From Ophelia neglecta (taxonomy: Eukaryota): a stretch of DNA of 64,000 nucleotides. The stretch lies in NCBI GenBank assembly GCA_965285935.1, contig OZ260667.1, positions 33,666,001 through 33,730,000 of the forward strand, given 5' to 3'. Shown one piece after another: positions 27,326 to 38,648 of this stretch (the first letter of the stretch is position 1; every line of letters begins with the position of its first letter). The position numbers and the translations under genes are program-made. The notes under the pieces were generated by a model. It had not been told where the DNA came from. It made no database searches and saw only the letters and a list, made by a program, of their open reading frames with translations.

Positions 27326-28723
27326 CACTTCAGAATACTAAAAATATAGTTTGACTCCTAATATGGTATAAACCACGTTTTATCTTTTTGCCCAATGAAA
27401 GTCACGTACAATTCAGGTCTATAGTATAAATTAACTGGGTCAATGTGCACTTACTACCTCCTTCATACACGGTGACAGCTACCTTCCCAGGCCCCAACCT
27501 GTGCTTTTACCCCACTTTTAATCCCAACTGGCAAACTTTGACCGAGATGGTCATGGACTCATCTGCGTGATCACATTCTGTCTGCCATTACAATTGATCA
27601 TGGAGATGCTTTCTGTTTTAATGAGAGATTTTCAGATTTTTAAAACTAAATAGTTGATTGATTCTCGAAAGCGGCGTACTACTTTGTTGATACAGACCCA
27701 CGACGCAGCTGCAGCTCTAGACCAAGACCCTCTCTTGTTGCCTGTTTAACATTCTGTTGCCTATTGTAAGGTTTTCCGGCCGGTTGTCTGTCGGCACTGA
27801 CCTCCGCTGAGCGTGTGCCCCGGAACCTGGCGATATTCTCTAACCCCGGTCTGCTCTCAGGCCACGCCCGCTGATAGGCCAGAGCCGCGCTCAAGTGATT
27901 GTTCTTTGTCCGTCTAATGGGACTGTCAGATTGTTCAGTAATAAAACCAAATTTAGGACCCAATCAAGGTATAAGTTGCTCCAAGACGGACACATGGGCG
28001 TTGAAATTGGAATTTTTGTGACTGCGCAGACAGGAAATGATGGTTTGTTTCTAATTCGGGAACCAACAGATTGCATAAATACTTGCAAATAGCGTCATTA
28101 TTTTCTAATAAATACTCAAACGCACATATGCTGTTAAAGCGAAAAGAGGAAACAAACTTTATCTAAAATGTCTGTCTATTTTCTTCTAGATGTAGTATCT
28201 GGGTTAGTATTTTAACCTAGATGGTATGACGGGTCATTAGAATGTAGGCTCCGGATACAGTTGCTAGCTTCCTCTTTACTAAAGCCCGGGCCGTTTCAGC
28301 CAGCCCTTATTCCAGTCAGACCTTAGAGGGAAGCAACGCGGCTCCATTTTTTCTGAATGAAGTGTAATTATCTCAATTTTCTGATTATAAGAATTGAAAA
28401 TGCCCGACCTCGAGTAAAACATTTCCCTGCCGTGTGCTCGGCTATGATTGGATTGGGGCTGCCGGGGAGACTCGACTGCCGGTACAGCGCATGTTTTAGT
28501 GCGGGGCAGGGATGGCTTGCTACCGTTGGGAGCTTGATTTGGCTCCACTCATTACTCTGACATTTTTCAATTAGCCAGTCCCTAGTATAGTTGTCACCAA
28601 GAGCCACCTATGGCGATCAGCAACAGTAAATAACCACTCGGGCGCTCTCCAGATACATATATACAATTAAAATAAAGTCCAGCTGTTGCTAATGATATCT
28701 GTTCTGAATGCTTCTTTTTACAG

Positions 28724-28816
28724 ACGATAATGACAACTTCTCAGAACGGGTTTTATATGACCCATGTCTATCAATCTGATCAATCTAGTACCACAGCAAC
28801 CAAGCTGCCATTATTG
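28724..28816 (+). CDS. Possible additional or cassette phase-0 exon of the Roco gene (31 aa)
   Basis: cttctttttacag|ACG...TTG|gtaaga; 93 bp and stop-free in phase 0 (TIMTTSQNGFYMTHVYQSDQSSTTATKLPLL). No domain similarity recognised. Confidence 0.25.
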
Positions 28817-30017
28817 GTAAGAAATGGTGGACATTTTTATCCAGCTTCTTTGGCATCAATTGCAATGCTTCTTATATAAAGAAGTGGAAGCTCTTTTCGT
28901 TTATCCCCTTAGTGGCATCTAATTCACCCTTGTTTGATTTCCTCTAACTCGACTGAGAGGAACTTTGTCAGTTTTAACTGGAATGCCAAATAGTCTTGCT
29001 GCCGGATGAGCTGCAGCCAGTAATTAGACTTGAGTCTGTAAGACATAAAGCTGCTCAAATTTTTTGGCCTATTTACGCCTCTTTCTTGTGACCAGCAATT
29101 GGAAAAAAGATCCAAGATAATGACACTGTATGGCCTTCGCTTTAACAGATATAGTTATACTGTTGGTCTCATACCATGAAAAAAGAACATAAACTTGTCA
29201 AGTAATAAGACTCTAAAGATGGATGTCCAGTCCGGGCGTTGTTTCTGTCGGCTTAAAATCTCGTTAAAATGCAAATGAATTGTATGTCTCATTACATGGC
29301 AAGTTTAACAGCAATCCCCTCCCTAGGGTCGCATTGTGCTCAGCGAAAACCTTTAATTGTAGCTCATAAATCAGGATAGATTAGAGACAGTTGTAGGTCA
29401 TATAGATTGGTCTTTTCTTGTTTCCCTGGACGGGGAAATCTTAAGCCCTCGATAATCCTGTAGTTACCTTTGTCACATGGTATTCTCCCATTCTGGGTAC
29501 GCCATGATGGATGTGTTCAAGGGGCTTAGGTGCAAGGGCTGTCCTCGCCCTCACTGTCATATGCACTGCTTCCAGAAACACATTGATTAAACAATTAGAG
29601 ATCAAAGTCTGATTTTTCTAAGAGAATGCACTTATAAAGGTTCACGGGTGCAAGGTGAGGCAGTGGTGCACTAAAAGCTCATTAACTTCAAAGGTCATTA
29701 ATAAACAGCCAATGACACTCGAAAATGTAAAACATATTCAATTCATTGTGAAATTTTATTTTCCGATTAACTAGGCTGGACATTTGCCCAGTTTTCGATA
29801 TTGCACACTCGTTCATGGTCCGTGCATTTTGACAGGAAATTTGAAGATGTGTATTAATTTATTTGAATGTCGATTGCTTGGCCCAATGCACAAGGAAGCC
29901 CAGAATCCCCAATGAAAGGGAACATGTGTTATTCATTGCAAACAAATATACCTACTTAGTTTGATTGGTGTAACACGCACGCGTGGTGTGATAAAATCAT
30001 ACTGGTAAAGTTATCCT

Positions 30018-30090
30018 ATACATGTATGTATGTATTTATGTGTGTATGTATGTTTGTATATATATATATATATAAATATATATGTATATT
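30018..30090. repeat. Imperfect (TATG)n/(TA)n microsatellite
   Basis: Direct reading. Confidence 0.85.
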
Positions 30091-33000
30091 ATGCTGTCAA
30101 TTTTCATTTCAAAAGTCGTGTGCTACTGAAGCGTCGGGAAGATGCCGTATCCGCGAGTGTCAACGGGTCCTGGGAACGAATTTACACGGCGCTTAGAAAC
30201 GAGAAAGCACATATCCTCCCGATATCGACTTACGTCAGATGACAGTGTCTTTCATGGGTTATGACAAAAGTCGCCTTTAATTTATTCCGACAACACGACT
30301 GAGGAATATGGATTGGTGGGTTTTGACTTGAGCTGTGTCAATAGCTGCTGCGTGTGTATTATGCATAATTGAACAGTGTTTACATCCTGGCCGATAACAT
30401 TGCCAGTCGTAGGTTGACAGGGGGTATTTTGATAGACTAAGGCCCGGATTTGGTGCTCAATGGCTCAAAGCGACCTGTTTAAGTGCGGTGTATTGTTGGT
30501 GACAGTTGACCTGCTGGCCAGAGGTCTGCCTTGTCGGCTTGCCATTCACCTCTCCCGCTGTGAGCTACAGCCCTATAGCCAGAACTTTGATGGACAGGAC
30601 CCCCCGGCCATGCTTCAGCAAAATTGGTCGTGGGTTTTAGGCATCTGTCAGAAACAAAAAGCCAGCTCTGGCATTACTCTTGGATGAATGATCGAGGAAA
30701 TCAATGATAAAAAATGGTCAAAAATCCAGCCAGCAATGCCTGACGCAGCGCGGGACCGTTTAGGGATTAACTTACCAAAACCTTTCTGAATATCGGCGTG
30801 ATCCGAACTATGGCTGTTTTGATAGCTTACACTTTTCGGTGTAATTGAATTGAGCCCTATTGTCGGCCAGCAAACGTAATCAGACAAGTGGAAGCTGCCA
30901 AGGAAGCAGAAGGCCGCGCCCTTTTAATACCTATAATCGCCAGATGACGGCCACGCTGAAATCTCGTCCAGATCTCATTCAAGCGTGATCTCAGTATGAG
31001 CCTTCGTGGGAGACAAGCTAACAAAACCCACCGGAAATTACAGAAATGAAATGCTAAACACATCATTGAGTGCGCAGCTCTTTTGAAGGAATGCAAAAAC
31101 CGTGGCGTGTTGGAAATAAGTCAGTGTGGATGCCTGATTAAATCAGTGTATGTCAGCTTTAAAATGTCGCCTGTCAAAGCCCCGGGCAATAATTTCCATT
31201 ACACAACAAAAATTACAAAATTAGCCCTCATAGACTGCATTTGATCGTTGTAAAGATCAATGATAATTCAACAAAGTACGGTTTATTCTCTGGCGGGGCC
31301 CATCGCAGTCCTCTTGGGCGACCTTGGTTACTATTGGCAATCGATGACGAATCGAATTAAAAAAATTAATGAAGACTGTAGATTCTTTTTACATAGCTTG
31401 CCCTTCATCGCTTCTTGTTAAAAAGCCCCATGAGTCAAATAAAGATTCGATCAGTTGAATTTGTAGTATGAATACATCAATCTTCACTGATATATTGACT
31501 CTCCTTTCGAGTATATCAACTAGAGCAGTGTGGTATTGCTCGGGTTGTTTTTCGGAAGATTTTAGTATAGCCTCTGGCGAGTATTGCTTAAAATCCTTTC
31601 ACTTTTCACTGCCAACGTCATTACACGTATGCTTGCTTTCTGTTCGTTTTGTGTGCGTTTCCTTCCAAGCACACTTATTGAATGCTGCCAGGCTTCTTTT
31701 AATAAACGTGTCAATCCTTTATGATAATATTGCGGTAATGGGGCCGATGATGCATTTGTATTGGTTATTTCATTACAAACAATCAGCTCATTTAAAAAGG
31801 CACGTATCAAAAGAAAACGGAAAATTCAGCACAAAATAAAAATATATAAATTGTTTCTACTCGCCATTCTGGTCGCACATGTAATGTGAAAATAACTTCC
31901 TAACCCGACTGCATCAATTTTATCAATTGCCGTTTTCTCCTCTAAACTGGTTTTATACTCCGAAGAAAATGAAAATTATGTATAACACACTTAAAATCAA
32001 GGCACTTGTCGCTGGCGATTGTTTTCATTTCCACCTGACAAGAAACAATACTTTTCCCCTATTGCTCTTGTCAGTTTTTCTCCATGGTCTTCAATCGCGC
32101 TATCTCAAGGCTGTTGATTTGAACTAATTACTGTATTTGAGGCGATTAGCACACCTAAAGGGAGTGGTGGCCTCCTATCTCCTCTCCATAAGCCATTGAA
32201 AGGTGTGTGGCCAATACCGATGTGACCCTTTTTCCAAGTCTTGTCCTTGGCACTCTTTCCTAACAAACCCCGCCCTTCACTGATGGAGACTAACACATCC
32301 CGACATACATGATCCCACTACTTACCAACACAAAGAAAGCCTTTGTCATAAGCATTGTGGAGAAGTTGAAGACGACACCTGTTTATTAACACTTAAGTAT
32401 CAAACTAGATTACATGTTTCTATTTTATTTTCTTGGAACTCAGACATAACCAGATAATGAGCATCGTAGCTACAAGTCTATTTACTGTTGGGAGCTGGGG
32501 ATTGTTGTATGAGGGCCTGTGGCTGCTGGTTCTTCAAGATCTCGAATCTATTTAATAGACTCTTCTTAATTAAAGATTTCGCTATGTCTGCTGGGTATCC
32601 GCTCCCCCTTTTCCAAAGCTTAAAAGGAATGAAGAAAACAAGTACCCTGATTCCTCCTGGGTATGGACCCTTTGAGTGAACACTGTCCTAGTTTCTTAAG
32701 TACACTTCCTTTCAATAAAGTCTTCTTCCTGATAACATATCACCGGTATCTGGGCGTCTAGCTGTGACCAAATAAGGCACCAACCCACGTGTCATACACA
32801 GTATAGCCTAGTGCCTCTAAGCTTGTTAGAGTCCCGGGGGACGTTACCCTTTCTCGTTTAAAGCCGCCAATCTGACCTAGATTGGGCCTCTGAGGAGCGA
32901 ACACAAAAGCAGAGGAAATTTATTTGGCGATGGCAGTGTTTGGTCCTTATTGTGGGGCTGCCCGATAGCGGCGTTCCATTCTTCAGGGGCAAGTGTTGTG

Positions 33001-34540
33001 AATGCGCTGAACCCGATGGTGGCAGCCATTACCACACAGCCCTTCGTAACTCAACAATAATCTAATCGTGCTGATTACACTACTTTCGCTGCCTTTGTAT
33101 TCTGATTCGGTTCGCAGTGTTTACGAGATGGTCTTGTGACCGGGCGGAATGAAGCACCGCCTTGTCTGCTGGCCTACTCATTTTGGTTTAATGAGAACGG
33201 TTATGCAACATCGTAAGCCGCGTGCTGTATTAGACGGAACGGACGATAAGCGCTGGTAGCCTAACTAAACTTGTAAATGTCAGACATATTCTCGTGTATT
33301 TAATAGGAATAATGACATTTTCCAGATGCCAAGTCATCGCCACTGCCCCAATAAACAAGTGTTGGTCAAATGCCAACTTCTATGATTGTCGCCAATGGAC
33401 TGTCGAGGGGTACACAATATTCGACCGACAGACTATATTGACAACAGACATGTTGAGTAGATTGGCTTTGACTGAATTTGGCAGCCTGTACGCAGTCACG
33501 TTTGTCGGATTATCCTTGTCATGTACGTTGTGCCAACCATGTCAGCCACAACACAGCGTCGGCCTGATTTGCATACGTCTGGGCCTGACGTCGATCTCAC
33601 CTTACGACCTTCGTAATGAAGGTCATTTTCGTGGGACATTTTGTCTTCTAGGTCAGGCGATGCGCAGTTAAGCTGGCTTAATGCTTAGGGCAGAGTCTGT
33701 TTAAAGATGCAATGTTTGGAGCAATTCTCGGACGAATACTAATTGTTAAGCGGTAGCGGAGGTTTCTAAAAGTGGGTCGCCTGAACTGTTCGACCATCGC
33801 CATTTTGCAGCCCGGGAACCATATTTTCTAAGATGTAATCTTGCTGTCGTCCTATGAAAGACGGCATTTCTGAGCAAGAGGGCAATCTGTACAACTGGGA
33901 GTTCGCGGTAACCCTTGCCTCCAGTCAAATCGATTCTACTTGCTCGGTCCCATCCAAACTATTTGCATCCAATTCAAGAGTAAAGTCAATTTCGTCCCTC
34001 TGCGTCTTCGCCGAGTCATATCAGCCCAGAAAGCATCCCAACATAATGGCAGAGAAAAACCACTGCCCAAGTTTTGTCCCAACATATAATTAGAAATAAA
34101 CTGATCGGCGCGTCTTCAATTAAACGGGCTGTTCTGCGATTAGCCTTCCTTATCTTGGTCCCCGGTCGTCTGCCAGAAAAGAGAGTCTTTTAACCAATCT
34201 AAAACCATATTATACAGTAAATGTATTGCGAAGGAAAGCCATCGACTGCCACGTGTTCGGGTCAGTCGAGCAGTACAGAATGTATCTCAAATGTTATAGT
34301 ACCTTGGAAAAGGAAGTCTCTTATTATTACCATATTTACGTATCTGTATCTCAATACTTTTCAGCACTCAAAACTTTATTCATTTAAAGCAAGTATCACT
34401 GCTGTCTACATATAATTTGAAGCTGGAATAATAATTACTAAAGTTGATAGATATAGCAATTGGTTAACATAAACATTTTGATGTTGTTGATGCTGTTGAA
34501 TACTTTTCCACTGATAATTCTACGTTGTTTTTTTCCACAG

Positions 34541-37500
34541 ATGCTGCCTGAAGCGTGCATTATCGACGATGTTTACAACAAGCCGCCTCCCGACAGCGAC
34601 TCGACGCTCACCAAACGACGGAGCTTCGGAGACCAGTATCTGTTGTTTGTGCATCAAAACACGAGAGACTATATGGAAAATAACTTCCCGCCGGGTCGCG
34701 AGAGCATACGAGATATGATCATCCTGCAGGACGAGTGTGTGCCGCCCTTACAGGAGATGCTTCACCGGGTGGACTACGCTCAACTGAGTACTTTATACGT
34801 GGTGGACTGCAGACTGCATATGGACGATGCAAATATATTCAAGGACCTCTCTCTACGAGCGTTGGTGCTATCACACACTCATATGCGACGGATGCCGAGG
34901 AGTATCTTTGAAATCGACTCGTTGGAGATTCTAAAGGTTGATCGTAACAACCTAGAGGAGATTCCCGCCGAGTTAGGTAACCTGAGCAACCTTAAATCCT
35001 TCTCTTGTGATAGCCAGCGGCCGCGGCTTCGGACTTTGCCTCATTCCATAACCCAACTGGAACACCTACAGATACTGTCTTTTAGCAATAATCGTGTGGA
35101 GAACATTTCCTGGGTGGTGGCGTTGCCTAGCCTGAGGGTGCTGCGGTGCAGCAACAACCGCATCGCACGGCTGCCCAACCAGCTGGCCAACCTCCGCGAC
35201 CTGATGGTGCTCGACGTCAGTCACAACCGCCTAGAGTATATCCCTCCTTCTTTCGTCGATCTTGTGTGTAGACTCTTTCGCTTCGATTACTATAACCTCA
35301 CCCTCAGGCCAAAACATATCATGCACAACCGGGCTCAACTTCTCGCCTACCTAGAACTGGACGCCTTCTTGGCGCAGTCTCCAGTGCGCAGAACAGGACG
35401 TGACGTTAGCGTGGCCATCGTGGGAGAATCCAATTCGGGTAAGTCCACGCTGGTGGAAGCGCTGAAAAACGAGAAAGGAATTAGTAAGTCGGAGATGCGG
35501 CAGGAATCTACATTCGAGATTCATCAGTTCGAGATGCACGGCGCCGAGAGCAGCTGTTACATCAGCACGATAGTTCTGGCCAACGACATCCTTGACAATT
35601 TTAGTCGCAATGTACAAGTAGACATTTACCTCTTAGTGGTAGACCTGACTTCGCTCGAGCTGCAGAACGGCTCCCAGCATCTGTTCGCGCGGCACGTTAA
35701 CCGTCTACAGATGTGGCTGACGGCGCTGTACGAGTCGAACCCCGACACACCGGTGTTGATCGTCGGCACGCACGCCGAACTGGTCAAGTCCATGACGTTC
35801 AGTGACATCTGGCACATCCTCGACGGCTTTCTCGACCAGGGCCGCGCTCATCACATTAAACGCTACGCTGACTGCCGCTTAGGCAACTGTCTGCTCTGCT
35901 GTCCCAAAAACCTGGCCATCCGGCAGGTCATCGCCAAAAGCCGGTCGGGCTCGGCCGGCTTCGTCGACCTTTCCTACCCCCACGGTGAGCCCATAATGAA
36001 CGGACATGTGCCAACGGGCGAGTCGCCACCACCGGGTAAGCATCGTTTCCCACACATCGTCGGCTACTACGAGATAGACTCTAAAAAGAACCTGCCAAAA
36101 GACTCAAAAAAGTCCAACATCAGTATTGAACAGCTGAAGGGTGCTATCATGCGGCTGACGGCGTGTAGCCCGGACGACGGGATCCCACCTAACTGGCTCT
36201 CCTTCATCCGACACGTGGCCACCATTAACGTGCAGGCGCCCACCTTGCCCTGCATCCCCTACGAAGAGGTAATCTCCATCTCTCGTAGCTTTGATATCGC
36301 CCCCGCTCAGGTCCCCTACATGCTGCAGTACTTTCACCAGCGAGGCAAGGTAGTTTACTTCGGTCAGGACGAGGTGTTATCCAAGCTAGTAGTGATCAGC
36401 CCAAACTGGTTTATCCAAGTGCTGTCGAGGGCTTTTGACAGTTTTATGACAAGTAAGTGTTCGGAGGCAGAGTTGATAGAGACATTACAAGACAGGGAGT
36501 TAGACCGGCAGTTACAGAAAGCAGGGGTGGTGTCCATATCGAGTGCTCACTGGCTCCTAGCCGCACTCACGCGACTGGACATTTGCGTGCCTTTCGTAGA
36601 TACCCGTGACCAGAAGATGTTCCTCCTACCAAACCTGTTGGAGATAGGCCAGCCCTCAATGGACGTGTGGCCCGATGTACCCGAATGGGAGGAGAAGCAA
36701 ATCACCTGCGACTTCGGCATCCGTGCGCTGAAGCCTGCACTCTTCTCTGATCTCATCCTGCGGGTGAACAAAGAGGGCCGGCGGATGCTGGAGATCGTGT
36801 CCGACCCAGCCCCGGTCTTCCTTTCCCACCACATCGTGTTCTACTGCGGCGTCGACGTCGGCGGCTGCGAGGACTGCTACGCAATCCGCCGACGGATACG
36901 CCAGCAGAACAAACACTACGAAGACGACTCTCTGGAGGACGACATTCTGCACAAGGTGCACATTCAACTACACCCCCATATGGACACGCTACGCATTGCC
37001 GTGCGAGGCGTCAGCCCCTGCTGTACTATAAAGGCCGTGCTCAACTTCCTAGAACTGTACTTGGACGACATACCGGAGGAGGACTGCGACACGTCCTCCG
37101 ACCGGACCAGTGTGTCCTCTCACGCCCTGAGCGCCGTCAGCTCAGCCACTACCAACGACGGTTCAGTCAATTCTGACCGCTGTAGTCTTACCTCCGTCTC
37201 TCAGTCACACTGTACCTCGGAGGAGGACGACGAACGACAATTTTTTCTGCTGTGCCCCAAATGTGTTCTTCTCAGACATGCCAATCCAGAGCGAATATCC
37301 TATCAGATGATTTCGCCGAAGCGCAAGGCCATTTGCAGTAAATGGCATAATCTGGGCAGCTGGTCCCGTGCGGTGACCGGGGATTACCGCTACACCAATG
37401 ACTTTCTGATGTCAAGCTCGCTGGGCTACCTGCCGGAGTACGAACATCCGCGGTTGGTGCTCGTCCTGCCGCCGAGCATCTCCGTGTCCAGCAAAGACTG

Positions 37501-38089
37501 GTACATGTTCAGCCGCATGAAGTTCCTCGAGGGCTTCGAAGTTCACTTCCTCTGCGAGTACACCGGTTACTGGCACATGACAGACGATGCCGGTTTCCGG
37601 CTCAACCAGTCAGCGCATTTCACAAAGAAGGTAGGCAACATGACGCCCACCATTCTCAATCTGGCCTTGCCCATGATTCAGATCGTCAACGGGATCGTCG
37701 AACACAGTCAGAATGGTCGGCTGCTGACGCCGGTCGTAGCCGATCTCATCAAAATGTACGATTACCTACGAAATGTAGATACCATCACGGGCGACCCTTA
37801 CACCTGGCTCACCAAAAACAAAGATCGGGTGGTCACCATGCTGACTAAAGTGCTGGCCAACGCCAGCGACGGATTTCCTGATCTCTATTTTAAAGTGGGA
37901 AATGCCATAAATGCAGACATGGTCTTCCAAGCGGCTTCCCGCGCAAACCGTTATGATTTGGCCAAATTCTTACGCATAGAAGCCAGCTCGGGAAGATTCG
38001 GGCCTCTTCGGCCACTGTATGTCGGTCGGGAGGTCCGATGGCTTTGCGATGCACACTATGAGGAACTGCGAAGCATGCCGTCCAAGTAA
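34541..38089 (+). CDS. Roco gene terminal exon: LRR repeats, ROC (Ras-of-complex) P-loop domain, COR domain and C-terminal Cys/His domain (1182 aa)
   Basis: ORF 34460..38089 with acceptor ttttttccacag| at 34540. About 6-7 LxxLxLxxNxL-type LRRs (e.g. LEILKVDRNNLEEIPAELGNLSNL, LMVLDVSHNRLEYIP). P-loop VAIVGESNSGKST at 35423-35449; VLIVGTHAE; COR hallmarks IPPNW and LQYFHQRGKVVYFG..LVVISPNW; stop TAA 38087-38089. Confidence 0.95.
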   Translation: MLPEACIIDDVYNKPPPDSDSTLTKRRSFGDQYLLFVHQNTRDYMENNFPPGRESIRDMIILQDECVPPLQEMLHRVDYAQLSTLYVVDCRLHMDDANIFKDLSLRALVLSHTHMRRMPRSIFEIDSLEILKVDRNNLEEIPAELGNLSNLKSFSCDSQRPRLRTLPHSITQLEHLQILSFSNNRVENISWVVALPSLRVLRCSNNRIARLPNQLANLRDLMVLDVSHNRLEYIPPSFVDLVCRLFRFDYYNLTLRPKHIMHNRAQLLAYLELDAFLAQSPVRRTGRDVSVAIVGESNSGKSTLVEALKNEKGISKSEMRQESTFEIHQFEMHGAESSCYISTIVLANDILDNFSRNVQVDIYLLVVDLTSLELQNGSQHLFARHVNRLQMWLTALYESNPDTPVLIVGTHAELVKSMTFSDIWHILDGFLDQGRAHHIKRYADCRLGNCLLCCPKNLAIRQVIAKSRSGSAGFVDLSYPHGEPIMNGHVPTGESPPPGKHRFPHIVGYYEIDSKKNLPKDSKKSNISIEQLKGAIMRLTACSPDDGIPPNWLSFIRHVATINVQAPTLPCIPYEEVISISRSFDIAPAQVPYMLQYFHQRGKVVYFGQDEVLSKLVVISPNWFIQVLSRAFDSFMTSKCSEAELIETLQDRELDRQLQKAGVVSISSAHWLLAALTRLDICVPFVDTRDQKMFLLPNLLEIGQPSMDVWPDVPEWEEKQITCDFGIRALKPALFSDLILRVNKEGRRMLEIVSDPAPVFLSHHIVFYCGVDVGGCEDCYAIRRRIRQQNKHYEDDSLEDDILHKVHIQLHPHMDTLRIAVRGVSPCCTIKAVLNFLELYLDDIPEEDCDTSSDRTSVSSHALSAVSSATTNDGSVNSDRCSLTSVSQSHCTSEEDDERQFFLLCPKCVLLRHANPERISYQMISPKRKAICSKWHNLGSWSRAVTGDYRYTNDFLMSSSLGYLPEYEHPRLVLVLPPSISVSSKDWYMFSRMKFLEGFEVHFLCEYTGYWHMTDDAGFRLNQSAHFTKKVGNMTPTILNLALPMIQIVNGIVEHSQNGRLLTPVVADLIKMYDYLRNVDTITGDPYTWLTKNKDRVVTMLTKVLANASDGFPDLYFKVGNAINADMVFQAASRANRYDLAKFLRIEASSGRFGPLRPLYVGREVRWLCDAHYEELRSMPSK

Positions 38090-38129
38090 CTACCAAATGT
38101 CTCTAGTATGCACACCGTAATGAAATATT

Positions 38130-38135
38130 ATTAAA
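38130..38135 (+). promoter_or_regulatory. Candidate poly(A) signal ATTAAA after the Roco stop
   Basis: ATTAAA 41 bp after the stop in AT-rich, 3'UTR-like sequence. Other downstream signals (e.g. AATAAA near 40018) are equally possible. Confidence 0.2.
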
Positions 38136-38585
38136 CATGAAAAAAATTGTACATTGTACTTCATGCATTGTAAATATGATAAACACGGTAATATCTCCCT
38201 GAAGATAAACTCACCTCTGTTAAACGTTAAGAAGGCTTTGTTTAGATTTGAATGCCAAGATTACTCGAGGTCAAAGTTTGTACTACATATAATATATAAT
38301 TATATATATACAAGTGTATATTGGTTAAGATATTTTCTTTCTCTAGACAATCACTTCTAAGCCAATGTCTAGATGTTTGTGGTCTGACCATTGCATGGTT
38401 GAATATGATCTTAATGTATGCTCGCCTTTCATAATATATGCAGACTACTGGTTTCGATAGAAGTTATCTATTGGCTATGCCTAAGGGGGGGTCCTTGATA
38501 TTATGCATAAACGATTTTCTCAAAAGAAACTGTACTTGAATGCGATGATGCTATCTGTTACTAAAGTTTGAATATGCATAAAATA

Positions 38586-38648
38586 GTCAGACATACTTGT
38601 GAAGAGAATGTTGGTGTCAGACATACTTGTGAAGAGAATGTTGATGTC
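38586..38648. repeat. 30-bp tandem duplication
   Basis: GTCAGACATACTTGTGAAGAGAATGTTG(G/A)T at 38586 and 38616. Confidence 0.92.

Larger units (their letters stand above)
1443..38089 (+). other. Spliced gene model: ankyrin-LRR-ROC-COR (Roco family, MFHAS1/MASL1-like, kinase-less) protein, ~1402 aa, join(1443..1868,19986..20096,22661..22783,34541..38089)
   Basis: All three introns are GT-AG with good donors (gtaagt at 1869, gtatgt at 20097, gtaagt at 22784) and polypyrimidine acceptors (ttttttttctgcag, tttatttcag, ttttttccacag). All junctions are phase 0, and the ankyrin consensus reads through them (..IDSQDE|DGRTALHHA..VNIKDE|TPHRESAIHVA..). Extra small exons in the 18 kb and 12 kb introns cannot be excluded. 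Confidence 0.78.

Noticed and set aside
34460-34540. Hydrophobic signal-peptide-like N-terminus (MVNINILMLLMLL...) of the 1209-aa ORF
   Set aside because: It starts at TTG and is the translated T-rich intron end and polypyrimidine tract before the acceptor at 34540.
35436-35444. Perfect GTAAGT donor inside the P-loop
   Set aside because: Simply produced by Gly-Lys-Ser codons (GGT AAG TCC); the ORF continues uninterrupted.
34541-38089. Calling the gene LRRK1/LRRK2, DAPK1 or MFHAS1
   Set aside because: There is no kinase, WD40 or death domain. It has ankyrins and a long C-terminal extension unlike MFHAS1, and orthology cannot be established without phylogeny.
35351-38096. Minus-strand ORFs overlapping the Roco exon
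   Set aside because: Short antisense shadows of a GC-rich coding exon, with no recognisable domains.
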